Position numbers and translations under genes: made by a program | Shown: positions 28,203 through 37,663 of the stretch, one piece after another | Numbering within the stretch: the stretch's first letter is position 1 | How the letters are laid out: every line of letters starts with the position of its first letter | Assembly (NCBI GenBank): GCA_002451465.1 | Contig: DKCJ01000006.1 | Span: forward strand, 10,373 to 74,372 | Direction of reading: 5' to 3' | Length of the DNA: 64,000 nt | Origin: Bacillales bacterium UBA6877 | GTDB lineage: Bacteria > Bacillota_I > Bacilli_A > RFN20 > CAG-826 | Notes under the pieces: model-generated | Seen by the model: only the letters and a program-made list of their open reading frames with translations | What the model was told of the DNA's origin: nothing | The model's database searches: none

Positions 28203-29219
28203 TTATTTCTCCATTAATCTTAAAAATTCTTTTGGAGTAGGAGCATCAAATTTATATATTTTCCCAGTAATTGGATGTTTAAAAGATAATTCGTAGGCAT
28301 GTAAACATAACCTGTTTATTGGATTTTCTGGTTCACCATACTTATCATCACCTAAAACGTAATGACCAAGACTACCTAAAGTAACACGAATTTGATTTTT
28401 TCTTCCGGTTTTAATATTGACATCAAGTAAACTATATTTTTTATTTTCTTTTAAGACTTTATAAGAAGTAATTGCTCTATAAGCACCTTCTCCACCATGT
28501 TTAACAACATACATTAAGTCTAATTTATTTTTTCTTAAATAATTAACAATTGTTTTTTCTTTCTCTTCCATATGCCCTTCAACAATTGCAAAATATCCTC
28601 TTTTAATAACCAAATCGTTCCAATTATCCATTAATAAATCACGTATTTTTTCGTTTTTACAAAACATTAAAACACCACTAGTTTCTTTATCAATACGATG
28701 CACTAAATAAATTCTATTATGTTTATCTTTTGCTTGGACATAATCCATAACCATTCTAATTGCGGTGCTATTTTTTTCAGTATCACTAGGAATTGAAAGC
28801 AATCCATAAGGTTTATTGATAACCAAAAACTCATTATCCTCATAAATAATAGGTATATTTTTACGATTTTTTGTTTTTATAGGATTTTTTGAAATAATCA
28901 AAGTATCGCCTTTTGATAATTCAAAATCAAATTGAGAAACTGGCGCCCCATCAATTGAAATAACGTGGTGCGACAATAAAGCTTTAGCGTTACTTCTTGA
29001 AAAATGAAGATCATCAATTAAATAATCTAAAAGTAAAGAATTATGTTTAACAACATATTCTTTATAATCTAGTCTTTTGACTTTTTTGGTTTTTTCATCA
29101 TCAAAAGAAACCTTAGTTTTTTCTTTTATTTCTTTTCTATTTTCTTTAAAAGTCTTTAACTGTCTTCTATTTTTTTCTTTATTTTCTCTTTTAAAATTTG
29201 TTCTACTATTTCTTTTCAT
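28203..29219 (-). CDS. RluA-family pseudouridine synthase (RluD-like, S4 domain) with K/R-rich N-terminal extension
   Basis: Catalytic motif HRIDKETSGVLMF, KNQIRV motif, S4-like region LLDYLIDDL...SRSNAKALL. About 55 basic residues precede the domains. Confidence 0.85.
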   Translation of the reverse strand: MKRNSRTNFKRENKEKNRRQLKTFKENRKEIKEKTKVSFDDEKTKKVKRLDYKEYVVKHNSLLLDYLIDDLHFSRSNAKALLSHHVISIDGAPVSQFDFELSKGDTLIISKNPIKTKNRKNIPIIYEDNEFLVINKPYGLLSIPSDTEKNSTAIRMVMDYVQAKDKHNRIYLVHRIDKETSGVLMFCKNEKIRDLLMDNWNDLVIKRGYFAIVEGHMEEKEKTIVNYLRKNKLDLMYVVKHGGEGAYRAITSYKVLKENKKYSLLDVNIKTGRKNQIRVTLGSLGHYVLGDDKYGEPENPINRLCLHAYELSFKHPITGKIYKFDAPTPKEFLRLMEK

Positions 29220-30834
29220 GGTTTTTTAAGGAAGCTTTTATAAATCCATAAAACAATGGATTTGGTGAAAGTGGTCGAGAAGTAAATTCGGGATGAAATT
29301 GAGAAGCCATGAAAAATGGATGGTCTTCTAATTCAATAATTTCACAAAGTCCAGTTTGAGGATTTCTACCACTAAATATTACACTATTTTCTTTAAATGA
29401 ATCTATATAAAGATTATTAAATTCATATCTATGTCGGTGTCTTTCTCTAATAAGAGGTTTTTTATACAATTCATAAGCCTTGGTATTCTTTAAAACTTCA
29501 CAGTCATATTCACCAAGTCGCATCGTTCCTCCAAGATTTATTCCCTTATATTGATTTGGTAAGTAATCTATAATTTTATGAGTTGTTTTAGGATCAAATT
29601 CGGTTGAATTTGCATCACTAAAATGTAAAACATCACGTGCTATTTCAATTAAAGCAACTTGCATACCAAGACATATTCCTAAAAACGGAACGTTATTTTC
29701 TCTAGCATATTTAATTGCTACAATCATCCCATCAATTCCCCGTTTTCCAAATCCTCCAGGAACAATAATACCATCGACATTTTTTAAAGTATCATCTACA
29801 TTTTCATTAGTTAATTTTGCACTATCAACCCAAACAATATTTATTTTTCTATTTAATGCGTAACCTGCGTGTCTTAAAGCTTCAACAACTGATAAATAGG
29901 CATCATGAAGTTGGGTATATTTACCAACAAGAGCAATATCTATTGACTCGGTAATATGTTGGATTTTATGTACAAAATGACGCCAATCATCCATATCAGA
30001 AACATCTTTACAATTTAATCTTAGATGTTTTACAATCAAATCATCTAAATGCTGTTTCTCCAAATTTAGTGGCACTTCATATATGTATTTACAATCCTTA
30101 ACAGTAATAACAGCATCATCATTTACATTACAAAAAAGTGCGACCTTTTTTGTTGTTTCTTTATCTAAATCTTCACTTGTTCTTAATAAAATTGCATCGG
30201 GATTAATGCCTAATCCAGTGAGTTCTTTTACACTATGTTGAGTAGGCTTAGTTTTTGGTTCCATTGATGTATAAAGAAATGGAACCAAAGTATTATGCAT
30301 ATAAAAAGTGTTTTCATAGCCTAAATCTCTTCTAAGTTGTCTTATAGCTTCTAAAAATGGAAGAGATTCAATATCGCCAACGGTTCCACCAATTTCGCAA
30401 ATACAAACATCTGTTTTTTCTTTGGCATCAAATGCTTTTAAAATTCTATCTTTTATTTCGTTAGTTATATGAGGAATAATTTGGATTGTTTTCCCTAAAT
30501 ATTCACCCTTTCGTTCTTTTTCAATAACTGCACTATATATTTTTCCACTCGTTACACTAGATTCTTTAGTTAAAGAAGTATTAATTAATCTTTCATAATG
30601 TCCTAAATCAAGATCCGTTTCAGCTCCATCTTTAGTAACATAAACTTCGCCATGTTGTAAAGGAGACATTGTGCCAGGATCTACATTTAAATATGGATCA
30701 AGTTTAATTGAAAAAACATTTAATCCCCTTCTTTTTAATAATCTACCAATACTTGCAGCACTAACGCCTTTACCAAGTCCACTAACAACACCACCTGTAA
30801 CGAATATAAACTTTCTTTCTTTTTTATTATCCAT
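29206..30834 (-). CDS. pyrG: CTP synthase
   Basis: KFIFVTGGVVSGLGKG, GTVGDIESLPFLEA and the GATase catalytic GICLGMQ...HRHRYEFN. Start at ATG 30834, behind AGGTGGG. Confidence 0.97.
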   Translation of the reverse strand: MDNKKERKFIFVTGGVVSGLGKGVSAASIGRLLKRRGLNVFSIKLDPYLNVDPGTMSPLQHGEVYVTKDGAETDLDLGHYERLINTSLTKESSVTSGKIYSAVIEKERKGEYLGKTIQIIPHITNEIKDRILKAFDAKEKTDVCICEIGGTVGDIESLPFLEAIRQLRRDLGYENTFYMHNTLVPFLYTSMEPKTKPTQHSVKELTGLGINPDAILLRTSEDLDKETTKKVALFCNVNDDAVITVKDCKYIYEVPLNLEKQHLDDLIVKHLRLNCKDVSDMDDWRHFVHKIQHITESIDIALVGKYTQLHDAYLSVVEALRHAGYALNRKINIVWVDSAKLTNENVDDTLKNVDGIIVPGGFGKRGIDGMIVAIKYARENNVPFLGICLGMQVALIEIARDVLHFSDANSTEFDPKTTHKIIDYLPNQYKGINLGGTMRLGEYDCEVLKNTKAYELYKKPLIRERHRHRYEFNNLYIDSFKENSVIFSGRNPQTGLCEIIELEDHPFFMASQFHPEFTSRPLSPNPLFYGFIKASLKNHEKK

Positions 30835-30930
30835 ATATATACCCACCTAAAACAATATAAAACACATAGGGTTGCCCTTTTAATTCTATTACAAAATTAT
30901 AATTCTATCATCCTAAAAGATTGCTAAAAT

Positions 30931-31884
30931 TTATTTAAAAGCTATTGATGCTGCTCCAATAATTCCAGAATCATTTTTAAGAGTTGCAATTAAAACATCA
31001 ACTTTTGGTGTAGCTTTATAGCCATAATGATTATCTTTAAGATATTTTTCAACTTTATTTTTAAGGTAATCACCTTGATTGCTAACTCCGCCACCTAATA
31101 TTATTGCTTGTGGTCTAAAAATATTACAAATATTTAATAAGCCTTCACCCAAATACATTATATATTTATCAATAACTTCATTAGCGGTTTTATCACCTTT
31201 TTTAGCACATTCAAAACTTGTTGATCCATCAACATTATTAATATCATTATGACAATATTCCCACATTAAAGAATCTTTATCATTTAACATCGCTTCTTTT
31301 GTAAATTTTAATAAAGCTGTAGCACTTGCGTATCTTTCAAAACATCCTTTTCTTCCGCAATTACATTGATCACCATTTACAACAATAACCATGTGACCAA
31401 TTTCGCCACCTCTTCCTTCATAACCTTCAAATAATTTATTATCAATAACAATTCCGCCACCAATTCCTGTACCAAGAGTTACAAAGACTACATCTTTATA
31501 ATTTTTCCCAGCACCAAACTTTTGCTCAGCTAAAGCGGCAGCATTAGCATCGTTCGTTAAATAAATTGGAATATTTAAATCATTTAAATATTCTTTTAAA
31601 TGGACATCATTAAAATGAAGATTTGTAGCGTAATCTATAATTCCTAATTTATTATTAACTACACCTGGTATACCAAATCCAATTCCATCAATTTCGTATC
31701 CATTATTATGTGCAAAATTAATTAAGGAAACTAAGAGATTTTTAGTATCCTTTAAAAATAAAGTAGCACCATTTCGACAATCAGTTTTTACAACTTCTTT
31801 ATGAACTATTTTTCCATCTTTAGTAACAATGCCACCTTTAACAGACATTCCACCAACATCAACTCCAATATACGCTTTTTCCAT
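30931..31884 (-). CDS. glcK: ROK-family glucokinase
   Basis: IGVDVGG ATP motif, LGTGIGGG, and the ROK zinc motif GHM...CNCGRKGCFERYAS. Start at ATG 31884, behind GGAGGTG. Confidence 0.85.
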   Translation of the reverse strand: MEKAYIGVDVGGMSVKGGIVTKDGKIVHKEVVKTDCRNGATLFLKDTKNLLVSLINFAHNNGYEIDGIGFGIPGVVNNKLGIIDYATNLHFNDVHLKEYLNDLNIPIYLTNDANAAALAEQKFGAGKNYKDVVFVTLGTGIGGGIVIDNKLFEGYEGRGGEIGHMVIVVNGDQCNCGRKGCFERYASATALLKFTKEAMLNDKDSLMWEYCHNDINNVDGSTSFECAKKGDKTANEVIDKYIMYLGEGLLNICNIFRPQAIILGGGVSNQGDYLKNKVEKYLKDNHYGYKATPKVDVLIATLKNDSGIIGAASIAFK

Positions 31885-31931
31885 AAAACGCACCTCCATA
31901 TTAAGTCTAAATATTATAAATTAATTAAAAA

Positions 31932-32402
31932 CTATCGATGACAATTAGATAAATTTTCTTTTTTGTCTTTTTCAATTGCTTTTTTAAATCGATATAAAAG
32001 ATAGAAAACAACAACAAAAATCCCACATAACAATATTGAACAAACAAAATTTGTCCAATCAAACCAAGTAAGTGTTTCTAAACTAGTTCCTTTAATCGCG
32101 CCATAAATAAGAATTGCTAAAATAAATATTTCGGCCAAAAATATGATGCCAATTAATAATGCATAAACAAGTGAAATGACATTTATAACATCCTTTTTAA
32201 ATTTAATGTATAAAAACGCAATTAAAAGAGAAAAAACTTCCAAGGAAAATACAACTATTTCAAAAAAATGCCCATATAATTCAGAGTTTGTTTGAGAAGA
32301 TTTAAAACTTATTCCAGTATAAATAATTCCAACAACTCCCCATATAGTTAATAAAAACGAACAAACAAATAAAATCCTTTTTAATATAATTTCTTTTCCC
32401 AT
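31932..32402 (-). CDS. Small membrane protein, unknown function
   Basis: 156 aa with four hydrophobic segments and no recognisable motif. Confidence 0.45.
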   Translation of the reverse strand: MGKEIILKRILFVCSFLLTIWGVVGIIYTGISFKSSQTNSELYGHFFEIVVFSLEVFSLLIAFLYIKFKKDVINVISLVYALLIGIIFLAEIFILAILIYGAIKGTSLETLTWFDWTNFVCSILLCGIFVVVFYLLYRFKKAIEKDKKENLSNCHR

Positions 32403-32445
32403 AAAATATTTTATAAAATTCTCAACTTTCTAAATACAATAAATA

Positions 32446-33024
32446 TTATATCAAACCTTGTATTAAAAACTTAATAGCTAATAAAATAAAAATAGTACCG
32501 GCAATAAATGGAGCATATTTTTCAACTTTACTACCTATCTTTTTTCCTAAAAAAATTGTTAAAAGCGAAAGAGAAAATGTAATTATACTTATGATAATAA
32601 AAGTTAAATAAGGATATAAGCGGTCATTAGCAGATAAAAAAGTTAATCCAATTGTCAAAGCATCAATTGAGGTAGCAATACTTTGGACAAATATTTCAAG
32701 AATTGATAAAGTTTTTTCTCTATTAGTTACTTCTTTATCTTTTCTGCGTCTTTCAATAATTGCTTCAATAATCGATTTAATTCCTAATATAAATAAGATT
32801 GCAAAAGAAATATAAGGTATATATTTCTCGATATATTTATTTATAAATGAACCAAGAATATAGCCAATTAATGGCATTATTCCTTGCATAAAACCAAATA
32901 AAAAAGCAATAAAGAAAACTTTTCTTTTCTTCATATTACTTTCTATAATTCCATCATTTGCACCAACACACATGCAATCAATAGACATAGCAAAACCTAA
33001 TAAAACACTATAAAGATAATTCAT
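32446..33024 (-). CDS. mntP: Putative manganese efflux pump MntP
   Basis: Two repeats carrying the MntP signature (AMSIDCMCVGANDG and ATSIDALTIGLTF); 6 TM segments, 192 aa. Confidence 0.75.
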   Translation of the reverse strand: MNYLYSVLLGFAMSIDCMCVGANDGIIESNMKKRKVFFIAFLFGFMQGIMPLIGYILGSFINKYIEKYIPYISFAILFILGIKSIIEAIIERRRKDKEVTNREKTLSILEIFVQSIATSIDALTIGLTFLSANDRLYPYLTFIIISIITFSLSLLTIFLGKKIGSKVEKYAPFIAGTIFILLAIKFLIQGLI

Positions 33025-33038
33025 AAATTTAATTTTAA

Positions 33039-33677
33039 CTATTTCTTTTCGGTTTTATTTTTTTCTTTCATTTTCTTTCTATGTGAAACAAATTCGATAT
33101 AAGGAAAAACATATATACCTAACGTAAATAAAAAGGCAATCAAAAAGACAAACGTTGGTTTATATTGTTCAAAGAAAAAATATAATGCAAAAGCAAAAGA
33201 CCATACAAGTAAAACTAATAAGATTCTATCAAACTTAGATTTACCTAAAATAAAATTAACTATAAGTAAAGTTAATGGGATAAATGGAACAATAAATAAA
33301 TATGGGGCAAAACTATGAATAGTTTTATATAAATCAGCAAAACTTATTAAACTAGCTTCAGCAGTTATAATAATCGCAGTTATAAAAATTAAAACGGCAA
33401 TTATTTTAATTTTTATTTCACGCTTTTTAATTTCATTATCAATTTCTTTATTTAAATCATCATCATTTTCGTGTTCCTCAAAAAGATAAGAAACAGGTAC
33501 ATTAAAAAGATCTGCAATTTTTTTAAGCATTTCTGCATCAGGCAAGGAATCGCCTCTTTCCCATTTAGAAACAGCTTTATTGCTATAAAATAATTTATCT
33601 GCTAATTCACTTTGAGTTAATTTATTCTTTTTTCTTAAATAAGTTATGTTTTTTGAAATTATATCTCTTACATTCAT
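33039..33677 (-). CDS. XRE-family HTH protein fused to a membrane domain
   Basis: N-terminal HTH ITYLRKKNKLTQSELADKLFYSNKAVSKWERGDSLPD, followed by about 4 TM segments. Confidence 0.7.
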   Translation of the reverse strand: MNVRDIISKNITYLRKKNKLTQSELADKLFYSNKAVSKWERGDSLPDAEMLKKIADLFNVPVSYLFEEHENDDDLNKEIDNEIKKREIKIKIIAVLIFITAIIITAEASLISFADLYKTIHSFAPYLFIVPFIPLTLLIVNFILGKSKFDRILLVLLVWSFAFALYFFFEQYKPTFVFLIAFLFTLGIYVFPYIEFVSHRKKMKEKNKTEKK

Positions 33678-33749
33678 AATTCAATTATAAAATAAAAACA
33701 TCCAATTTTTAAACAAAAATTGGATGCAATTTTATCGATATTTTAAAAT

Positions 33750-34367
33750 TTATTTCTCCTTATATTCTTCAACTACTTCTGATTCTTTAACAGACCCAAA
33801 ATCTGTAAATTTTTTAGCATGATAGCTAACATATAAAGCAAAACAAAGTTGAGTAATACCAGAAAATAAAAGAATTAGACCAAGCAAAACAAACAAAACG
33901 CCAACAACATTATTGTCTGTTGCATAATGAACAACCACAATTGATGTACCTATTGTTGCAGCAATAGCACCAAATACTAATTGTAAAATTTGTATAACAC
34001 CATTTCCTTTAAAAACAAAAGTTTTAATTGCAACTGAAATTAAAATTAAACCAATTCCAATTAAACCAACGCCAATTACTAATGGTAAAATTTCAACAAG
34101 AATTAATGGATCAACAAATAAACCAACAGATATAACTAGCAAAATTAAACCAGACAAAAAATCACCACTTAATAATGGCAAAGAAAAAACAATCGATGAA
34201 ACAATCAATAATAAAGCATTGATTAATAAATAAGTTCCAACAATATAGCCAATTGCGCTATATAAATTTTTGCTGCTATTAAAGCAAATTACTAAAATCC
34301 CAAGTAAAATTAATAAAACACTTTCAACATATTCAGTCCACTTCCACTTTTTAAATAGTCTTTTCAT
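33750..34367 (-). CDS. HdeD/DUF308-like membrane protein
   Basis: Repeated glycine-rich TM hairpins (LLILLGILVI..., VIGVGLIGIGLILI...) typical of DUF308. Start at ATG 34367, behind AGGGAG. Confidence 0.55.
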   Translation of the reverse strand: MKRLFKKWKWTEYVESVLLILLGILVICFNSSKNLYSAIGYIVGTYLLINALLLIVSSIVFSLPLLSGDFLSGLILLVISVGLFVDPLILVEILPLVIGVGLIGIGLILISVAIKTFVFKGNGVIQILQLVFGAIAATIGTSIVVVHYATDNNVVGVLFVLLGLILLFSGITQLCFALYVSYHAKKFTDFGSVKESEVVEEYKEK

Positions 34368-34410
34368 AAAATATATCTCCCTATGTTTTTTATTATAAAT
34401 AATGTTCAAT

Positions 34411-34439
34411 TTATTTCTATCTATAAAAAATAGAAATAA
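34411..34439. repeat. 9-bp inverted repeat upstream of the hdeD-like gene
   Basis: TTATTTCTA (34411-34419), 11 nt, TAGAAATAA (34431-34439). Confidence 0.5.
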
Positions 34440-34517
34440 AAAAATAATGCTTTTTTAAACATTAATTTATGGCTTATTAGATAATTAGCATTGTTCTAAT
34501 TAAAGACTACAGTTAGG

Positions 34518-34550
34518 AGCTACCAACATCCCCTCGTGATGGTAGCTTTT
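34518..34550 (+). terminator. Terminator-like hairpin oriented on the plus strand, with no plus-strand gene upstream
   Basis: AGCTACCA (34518-34525), 14-nt C-rich loop, TGGTAGCT (34540-34547), followed by TTTT. This is the most G+C-rich spot of the intergenic region. Confidence 0.4.
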
Positions 34551-34552
34551 AA

Positions 34553-34577
34553 CTATAGCCTAATTTTTAGGCTATAG
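34553..34577. terminator. 9-bp stem hairpin just 3' of the DUF2130 gene
   Basis: CTATAGCCT (34553-34561), loop AATTTTT, AGGCTATAG (34569-34577); lies 9 nt after the minus-strand stop at 34586. The U-tract on the minus strand is weak (TTAAAAG). Confidence 0.4.
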
Positions 34578-34585
34578 AACAAATA

Positions 34586-35920
34586 TTATTCAAGGGCAGA
34601 TACTGCTTTTGTTAATTTAAAACCTTCAATTTTTTCTTTTAACACTCTTAATTTTTTTGATTTCATTTTTTCGCATGTATCAAAAATCTCATCGGCAGAA
34701 TTTTTAATCTTTAATGCTTTATTTTGCATATCACTAATATCTTTTTCAAGAACAGCAATTGATTTTACAAGAATATAATCTTTTAATTCATTAAACATTT
34801 TCGTTGCTTCTTCTTTATTTAATAAATCTAACTTCTTTGAAATAATTAAGTCTGTATATTTCTTTGCAAGTGAAGCCAATAAACTTAAGAAAAACATTAA
34901 ATACTCTGGTCTAACAACATACATTTTTTCGTATTCTGTAACGCGAATAACAGGAGCTGTATTAACTTCTCTATTTCGTTCTAAATTGGAAACTAAGATC
35001 GCGTATTCACAACCTTTCTTACGACGGTCACCATCAAGTTTTTCATAATGTTCGCTATTCTTTTTATGTTTTGTTGAATCTGGGTTCTCATCTTTCATAT
35101 CAAGTAAGGCCGAGGTTAAAAGTGTATCAAGTTTTTTAGTGTTATCTGCAAAAACTTTAAAAATGAAATCGCCTTTTGTATTATTAGGATCAACTTCATC
35201 ACCAACAGCTTTGTTATCTTTTTCCCAACTACAATTATCAAATCCATTAACTGAGTATTGTAAATATTGATCATTACACCATTGTTCTAAATTCTCTCCG
35301 GTATCTTTAATGCCTACCATTGACTTAGAAAGTCTTAATTCATCAAACTGTCTTTTTAACTCATCATATTTTTCATTACATGATTTTTCTTTTTCATTAA
35401 CAGCATTTGTGATTTTAATTTCATTATCCTTAAGTTGTAATTTTAAATTACTAATTTCATTATCTTTTGTTTTTTCTAAATCAGATAATTTCTTGCTCCA
35501 TTCATTATCTTTTTCAAGTTGAGTATTTTTCACTTCATTTTTTAAAGAGTCAATTGTTTTATCCAACTCAGTTCTAACTTTTGTTTCAGATAATTCAATA
35601 TCTTTTGCTTTATTGCTTTCTAACTCATTTAACTTAATTTTTAAGTTTTCAATTTCTTTGGAATATTTTTCTTTTAATTCATTTTTGCTATTTTCGATTT
35701 GAAGCTTATATTCAGCTTCTAATTTTTGAGTATTAACAGAAATTTCTTTACTAAGCATTGCTTCATACTCAGCTTTTTTATTTTTATCAATAAGTCTTAA
35801 AATAAAATTAGTATCTACTTGATTTAAATTTGCAAGATCAATAATATCACCTTTTTTAGCATCTTCTAATAATTCAATTTCTGTTTGACTAACAACTCTA
35901 ATTTTATTATTTATGTTCAT
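34586..35920 (-). CDS. DUF2130-like protein: long coiled-coil N-half plus C-terminal putative PD-(D/E)xK-type domain
   Basis: Residues ~50-200 are heptad-like K/E/N/L repeats. The C-half GENLEQWCNDQY...KGDFIFKV...LLDMKDE...KLDGDRRKKGCEYAILVSNLE...MYVVRPEY matches my recollection of Pfam DUF2130. RBS AGGGGA present. Confidence 0.55.
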   Translation of the reverse strand: MNINNKIRVVSQTEIELLEDAKKGDIIDLANLNQVDTNFILRLIDKNKKAEYEAMLSKEISVNTQKLEAEYKLQIENSKNELKEKYSKEIENLKIKLNELESNKAKDIELSETKVRTELDKTIDSLKNEVKNTQLEKDNEWSKKLSDLEKTKDNEISNLKLQLKDNEIKITNAVNEKEKSCNEKYDELKRQFDELRLSKSMVGIKDTGENLEQWCNDQYLQYSVNGFDNCSWEKDNKAVGDEVDPNNTKGDFIFKVFADNTKKLDTLLTSALLDMKDENPDSTKHKKNSEHYEKLDGDRRKKGCEYAILVSNLERNREVNTAPVIRVTEYEKMYVVRPEYLMFFLSLLASLAKKYTDLIISKKLDLLNKEEATKMFNELKDYILVKSIAVLEKDISDMQNKALKIKNSADEIFDTCEKMKSKKLRVLKEKIEGFKLTKAVSALE

Positions 35921-35946
35921 TTTTGTCCCCTTTCATATATATTTAT

Positions 35947-36483
35947 CTAGTTTTTATGATTCTCTCTAGTTCTTTTTAAAACAGCATATGTAGCACATTC
36001 TGGTGATACGCCACATTCTCTTTCAATTTCTTCAACGCCAAGCGATGAAGTTAACTTCGGAGGGATTAAAATATACCCCGCCAAAGCATTCGCTTGCCAT
36101 TCAGGATCTTTATAAACAGGAGGTTTTTCATCACATTCTTTTGGGTGCCTACCTGTAACAACCATTAGAAAAAAATGCGAAAGTTCATGTGTTAATGTAA
36201 ATCTTGACCTAGGTTCACCATCACATGCGGCATTATATTGAGATTCTCTTATATACAGTACATTACTATTAAAATCAAATTTAGCTAATTCATCTTTTGA
36301 AAATAAATCATCATTATCATTAATGACTTGATATTCAAATCCTAAAAAATTTTCATTGTTTTGCATTATTTCTAAGACATCAATGATAGGAAAATTTAAG
36401 CTTTTGCAATTGAATATGTTTCTAATATTTTCAGCATATATTTTCAATTGATGAGCACTAGTAGGAGCACATAGGTAATACAC
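35947..36483 (-). CDS. ImmA/IrrE-family zinc metallopeptidase (COG2856)
   Basis: HEXXH motif in FTLTHELSHFFL plus the downstream E...A..F..P-type region (WQANALAGYILIPP). GTG start overlaps the XRE stop (TAGTG). Confidence 0.8.
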   Translation of the reverse strand: MYYLCAPTSAHQLKIYAENIRNIFNCKSLNFPIIDVLEIMQNNENFLGFEYQVINDNDDLFSKDELAKFDFNSNVLYIRESQYNAACDGEPRSRFTLTHELSHFFLMVVTGRHPKECDEKPPVYKDPEWQANALAGYILIPPKLTSSLGVEEIERECGVSPECATYAVLKRTRENHKN

Positions 36484-36848
36484 TATTCTTTTTTCTCCTC
36501 TTCCTCTAACATTTTTTTCAATTTACTTAAAGTGTTAGGATCAATATTTTTTATAGATCTAGCAAACATAAGTGAAACTTGTTGTTTATCTTTATCCATA
36601 TCTTCAATATTCAATAATATTGATTGTTTTGTCATATCATAAGCAGTTTTAAGCTCGTTTATTCTGGATGGACTCAACTTATAAATCTTAGATATTTCAT
36701 CAACCCATTTACGAGGAGCAGATTTTTTACCAACTTCGACCGCACTCAAAAAAGAAGTACTCACCCCCAATTTCGCCGCCATCCCCTTCATATTTTCAAA
36801 ATTATCCAAGCGAATATGTCGTAAAACTTTTCCAAATTCAGTATACAT
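36483..36848 (-). CDS. XRE-family helix-turn-helix transcriptional regulator
   Basis: FGKVLRHIRLDNFENMKGMAAKLGVSTSFLSAVEVGKKSAP is an HTH_3-type motif; 121 aa; first gene of the cassette. Confidence 0.8.
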   Translation of the reverse strand: MYTEFGKVLRHIRLDNFENMKGMAAKLGVSTSFLSAVEVGKKSAPRKWVDEISKIYKLSPSRINELKTAYDMTKQSILLNIEDMDKDKQQVSLMFARSIKNIDPNTLSKLKKMLEEEEKKE

Positions 36849-36868
36849 TTATCCACTCCTCTACCAAT

Positions 36869-36919
36869 ATTATAAATATCTAAAAATTTTTATCAACCTT
36901 TTTAGTTGATTTTTTCAAC
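36869..36919 (-). promoter_or_regulatory. Near-consensus promoter with overlapping operator-like palindrome for the XRE-ImmA-DUF2130 cassette
   Basis: Minus strand: TTGATA (36896-36891), 16 nt, TATAAT (36874-36869). The inverted repeat ATCAAC-N7-GTTGAT (36892-36910) overlaps the -35, and a third half-site TCAAC lies at 36915-36919. Confidence 0.55.
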
Positions 36920-36992
36920 TTTTTTTGTTTATAGCAATAAACCCATAATATTTTGATTTAAAAATAATTCAAAATCCTACTATAATTTTATT

Positions 36993-37583
36993 ATGTCAAA
37001 AATAATTTACTTAATGAGACATGGTAAAACTGTGTTTAATGTATTACATATTGTGCAAGGTTATAACTCGGATTCCCCACTAACTTTGAAAGCAAGATTA
37101 AAAGGAAGAAAAATCGCCCATTATTTTATAAATAATAAGATTTCTTTCGATGGCGTTTTTGCAAGCGATACATTAAGAGCTACAAAAACCGCTAAACTCG
37201 TTACAAAACATAAATATAAGGTTATAAAAGTTAGAAATTTAAGGGAACTTAAATTTGGCGACTTAGAAAAAAAACATCAACATTTAACATTTGATAGACT
37301 ATTTGATGCCCCTAACGCCTTTAAAGATCAACATGGAGAATCAAACGAAGAAGCTGGAAAAAGATTACATGATACTTTATTGGAATTAATTAAAAATAAA
37401 AATCAAATATTATGTGTTTCAAGTTGTGCCATAATTCTTAGTTTTCTTAAAGTTTATATACCAAATGAATTTTTGAAAATTAAAAAAATGAATAACTTTC
37501 CTAATTACTCAACTATTGTATTAGAAGTTAATGATAATAAATTTAAATTTATAAAACTAATATCTTTTAAAGATATTTCTTAA
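36993..37583 (+). CDS. Histidine phosphatase (phosphoglycerate mutase) family protein
   Basis: IIYLMRHGKTVFN catalytic RHG motif; SDTLRATKTA. Confidence 0.8.
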   Translation: MSKIIYLMRHGKTVFNVLHIVQGYNSDSPLTLKARLKGRKIAHYFINNKISFDGVFASDTLRATKTAKLVTKHKYKVIKVRNLRELKFGDLEKKHQHLTFDRLFDAPNAFKDQHGESNEEAGKRLHDTLLELIKNKNQILCVSSCAIILSFLKVYIPNEFLKIKKMNNFPNYSTIVLEVNDNKFKFIKLISFKDIS

Positions 37584-37663
37584 TTTAATAGAGATTTAAA
37601 CCTAAATTAAAAATAAAATAAAATTATCAATTATATTTACCACTAAAAAAGCAAATAACAAAA

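Noticed and set aside
30835-30930. pyrG leader resembling the Bacillus reiterative-transcription attenuator (minus strand: TAGAAT, 5 nt, then GGGCAACCC...)
   Set aside because: The GGGC start-like sequence is suggestive, but the leader is only about 45 nt. I can fold only a 4-bp CCTA/TAGG stem, with no convincing terminator hairpin and U-tract. The support is insufficient.
33025-33038. yybP-ykoY manganese riboswitch upstream of mntP
   Set aside because: Only 14 nt separate mntP from the preceding gene, so there is no room for a riboswitch. mntP appears co-transcribed with the XRE-membrane gene.
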